This document shows positions 60,501 to 64,000 of a stretch of DNA of 64,000 bases, piece by piece. A program made the translations under genes and the position numbers. Source of the stretch: Epithemia pelagica (Eukaryota; Protista; Bacillariophyta); the NCBI GenBank assembly GCA_946965045.2, contig OX337233.1, forward strand, positions 3,782,001 to 3,846,000. The letters run 5' to 3'. The notes beneath the pieces are model-generated. The model searched no databases. It was not told the origin of the DNA and saw only the letters and a program-made list of their open reading frames with translations. Numbering within the stretch: position 1 is the first letter of the stretch; each line of letters opens with the position of its first letter.

Positions 60501-62534
60501 TATCGTACCTAGGGAGATTTGGGTAAGTTCACAGCACAAACGAGATGAACGCAACATACAGGGAAACTTACCCTTCTGGAAAAGCTGAGATAAAGTCATG
60601 TGCATTCGCAAGCCTTGCCGCTTCTTCAATGTCTTTATCGGTTGCATCAGGATTTCCGTATCGAATATTACCACGAATGCTCGTAGCAAACAATGTTGGC
60701 TCTTGTCCAACGTACCCAATGATTGACCTCAGATATTTCACATTGAATTCTTTGATATTCTTTCCATCCAGATAAATCGCGCCAGATTTGGGGTCGTAGA
60801 AACGTTCAATGAGAGCAATTGTTGAAGACTTCCCGCCTCCGCTCGGACCAACAAAGGCGACGGTGCTACCTGGTTGAATATCTACCGACAGGCCGTTCAG
60901 CACTGGGTCGTTGGGGCGAGTTGGATAGCAGAATTCGACGTTCTGGAAAGAAATGGCCCCTTTGATATCTGCAGGTTTCAGTCCATCAGGAGAGGAAACA
61001 TCAATTTCAAACTTGGGTAGAATCGCTTTGATTGGCTTTGACAGACCATCTTCGTCCAAGCCAAATGGAGCGCTTCGGCCAAGTTCGGACAATGCAAGAG
61101 ATCGAGAAGCATCTGTCGTTTTCTGTTTGTCGCGTTTGCTTCGGCGAGAGTGTGTAGTGTTTCCAAGGTCGTCGCCCTCGTCATCTTCTTTGAAGATAAT
61201 TTCTTCTTTTGCACCTGGTTTACGTCGAATTGCCTGCAGTGCGTCGAATACTGCAATCCGCGCAGCAGTAAAGGCTTCACTCGCATTGCCAAACTGTGAC
61301 ATCCCTTGTCCAGCAAACGCTACACCAAGCATTGCTCCAAAAACGTCAGGACCGGCACTATCGCAAGTTGCATTGTCTGAAACACCATCACTCGGGTCAC
61401 ATCCGGTCTCCTCAACATCCTTGTACAACAGAGATGAACCATACAACGTAAGAGCCGCATAGAGGAGGAGAAACGTGCCCAACATAGAACCTGAAAGAAC
61501 ACCGTGATTGTTGAAACATGAGGCAAAGCTTAAAGCGACAAAGAAAGAAACGAAAAGTTGATTCAAGTCGTACCATTGGCCAAGCCAATCTTCACAAGAA
61601 AGGACGTGGCAAGATCATAGGCTTCGCTTGTCGCTTGTTTGTACCGACGGACCATCTCAGCTACACCATTCAGCGAAAGGACGGTACGAATCGCGGAGAT
61701 GGTGGAATATGCGACGCTGCTTCCCGTCTTGTATGATTCGGCCGCCCGCTTCCCCTTGGTTTGATTGTAATGCACTGTATAGGAGGCTGCAATGGCAACG
61801 AAAGGGAGAACTGTCAAAATTACCAGGGCCACACGCCACGATGCCCAAAAGGCATAGGCCAAGCCGCCAATGCATGTCGTTCCAAACTGAATACCTTCTC
61901 CAAACTTTCGACCAATCCCCCGACGATACTTATTGGCGGCAGGCCCAATCTGTCCTGCCATACCACCAATGTCGCGAACATCTAACGAACCACAGCAACC
62001 AGAGGAATTACAATGAGATTACTGAATAGAGGCAGGATTTTCCAACTCTGTAACAGTTCTGAAATACTTACCAAAGTAGGCAGGGTCTTGTCGCAGCAAA
62101 GCTCGAAACCACTGCAAACGAAAGGCATGCGAGCCATGATAGGCCACGGTTGCAAAACACCATCCCTGTACGGTTGCCCAAATCAGTGCGTAAGTGCCAA
62201 TAATCATAAAGGTATAGGCCAACTCTCGAACTTGACTGAGGCCTTCGTTTCCTGCCGCCGAAATATCCGAAAAAGCACTACTAAACATGTAGGCCAACAT
62301 TGGATAGACAAGACCGTTGAGAATTCCAGCAAACAAACCAAGGGCAAACAAGAACTTGACACGAGGACCGCACCCCATGACAAAGGAGAGAGTTTCGCCA
62401 ATGGACGCCATTTTCTTTTCGTCCTTCTTCTTCCTGCTGGCATCGGTGTTGGCCTTGGACGGAGTCGAATGAATGGTGTCCTCCATCCGCTCCGTCATTC
62501 GACCAGAGGTTATCTGATCTTTATTCTTGTCCAT
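57530..62534 (-). CDS. ABCB/MDR-type ABC transporter (1393 aa) with domain order TMD-NBD-NBD-TMD
   Basis: Exons 62534-62072, 61981-61574, 61490-60572, 60508-60468, 60382-60304, 60241-59755, 59675-59423, 59356-59297, 59227-59169, 59090-58361, 58285-58149, 58075-57530. All introns are GT-AG, phases are consistent and the total is 4182 nt. Both NBDs have [32 protein letters not shown] and IAHRLST. Confidence 0.92.
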
Positions 62535-63215
62535 GAGTCCAAAGTATGCTTTGTTTGTCAATCCACGACGACTTTTTATGTTCTCAGCTGTTGAATGAGA
62601 GATATCGAATGTTGATGTTTGTTTCCCAACCTGCGGTGGCGAGTGGCACGACCTTCCGCCTGCCGGTGTCGATGTCCAATCGCACTGCGCGCGTTTGGGT
62701 TTTGGACGTTTTGTGGACGTATCATTCAGTCCCACATCCCTTAAATGTAGATGTCGGACCCATGTCTCAGATCAATGGCTTTTGTCTTTGTTGTCCGTTA
62801 GAGTCAGACGGCGCGCGTGCGGAACTTCCCGAGAAGATCCAGTGCGTTCCACGATATCGACTATGTACTCGTTGAGTAGACGGGAAGTCAAACAAATAAT
62901 TCCAGTCACGCAGTTCGGCAATGTTCGTTTTACCGATAAGAGAACCTTGAGGTAAGGCATTTGTACACTACAATAATTACTTCCGTTTTAAGGCGACTGC
63001 AATGCAAGTAGTAGTCGATAACGGCATGCAGTCGCGGTTTCGATGTGTCGGTCGGTCGCGAGAAACCACCTGAAAAAAATGACGATACGGACGACAAGGA
63101 CCATCCAAGAAGAGAGCCGAAGAACGCAACCCATTACGACCAAAGTGGTCGTCGGAGATAACGATTCTCCTCATTGCTGCAGAACAAAAACCATCGAAGA
63201 TTAGAGCGCAACCAA

Positions 63216-64000
63216 ATGGCCTCCTTATCGAGCAACAACAACGACTCCTCTGTGGATCCTTCTCGTGTGTGGATTTACCACGAGCGTCAAGAGTCTCTCT
63301 TGTGTGGACAACATGCCTTGAACAATTTGGTGCAATCATCGCAGTTTGCCGTGGACGAATTGGCGCAGATTGCTCAAGAATTGGATGCTCTGGAGTTGCA
63401 GTTCATGGCAGCCAGCAATGAAGGGGGAATGCAATCTCGAGAATACCAACAACGCCTCCAAGAAGGGTCCGTCAATGTCGACGAACGCGGTAATTTCAGT
63501 ATTCAAGTACTCAAGACGTGTCTCAATCGATACTTTGCCCTACAACAACAACAACAACAACACGACCAACTGAGTCACGACCAAGGAGATTGGTTGCCTC
63601 ATTTAACCGACTCGGTATTGAAAGACCGTTTGGGTCTGCAAGACATTACTCAAGTGACGGCTTTTTTGTTGCACAAATCCGATCATTGGTTGGCCATTCG
63701 GCAAGTGGCTGGACGCTTTTTCAATTTCAACTCCACCTTGGAACGACCAGTTCCCATTTCCCATTTTGAATTAGGGACGCAATTGTCGCAAGCCGCACAA
63801 CCTGGAGCGACGGGTGGATATACCGTCTTTTGTGTGGCCGCCCCCTCGCAGTGGTTGCCTCCGCCACACATTGGAGACTATCCTCCTCCCACACCATCGG
63901 CTTCTTCTATAGGAGGAGGTACGTGGCACAACATGGCAGATTTACTCAAGGCGGCTCCACAGTTCCACAACAATGCGCTACAGGCCTTTTCGTCGCAACA
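63216..64000 (+). CDS. ATXN3: Ataxin-3-like Josephin-domain deubiquitinase, 3'-truncated by the window edge
   Basis: WIYHERQESLLCGQHALNNL (catalytic Cys), GNFSIQVL, HW.AIR (His), FNFNS (Asn). Open to the end of the window, so absent from the ORF track. Confidence 0.9.
   Translation, partial: MASLSSNNNDSSVDPSRVWIYHERQESLLCGQHALNNLVQSSQFAVDELAQIAQELDALELQFMAASNEGGMQSREYQQRLQEGSVNVDERGNFSIQVLKTCLNRYFALQQQQQQHDQLSHDQGDWLPHLTDSVLKDRLGLQDITQVTAFLLHKSDHWLAIRQVAGRFFNFNSTLERPVPISHFELGTQLSQAAQPGATGGYTVFCVAAPSQWLPPPHIGDYPPPTPSASSIGGGTWHNMADLLKAAPQFHNNALQAFSSQ

Noticed and set aside
1-64000. tRNA, rRNA or snRNA genes
   Set aside because: No cloverleaf with A/B boxes or rRNA-like conserved stretch was recognised by eye; tRNAscan-SE or Infernal would be needed to exclude them.

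Overview
Eukaryotic nuclear DNA with short GT-AG introns, most likely from a raphid pennate diatom. This is inferred from a fucoxanthin-chlorophyll protein, AFAP-type plastid presequences, RXL-motif secreted proteins and T/Q/S-run-rich proteins. The left part (1-29 kb) is an accessory, partly decaying region. It holds a frameshifted YrhK-type membrane gene, two copies of an unknown coiled-coil gene scrambled by fold-back (template-switch) events, a MutL fragment, and kelch and DnaJ genes. It also holds a secreted Lys/Gly/Tyr repeat protein and three secreted multi-beta-sandwich (PPC-like) genes, one intact and two broken. The right part (30-64 kb) carries intact genes: LHC/FCP, N-myristoyltransferase, an NRT2 nitrate transporter, GT25-like and GT92-like glycosyltransferases, a 1855-aa low-complexity protein and the start of an ataxin-3/Josephin gene. 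It also has a complete PIF/Harbinger transposon (TIRs, TTA TSD, two ORFs) and a 764-bp composite foldback element. The most striking item is an intact 12-exon ABCB-type transporter with permuted domain order TMD-NBD-NBD-TMD instead of TMD-NBD-TMD-NBD. No rRNA, tRNA or CRISPR array was recognised. All splice models and alignments were done by eye and no database searches were run.
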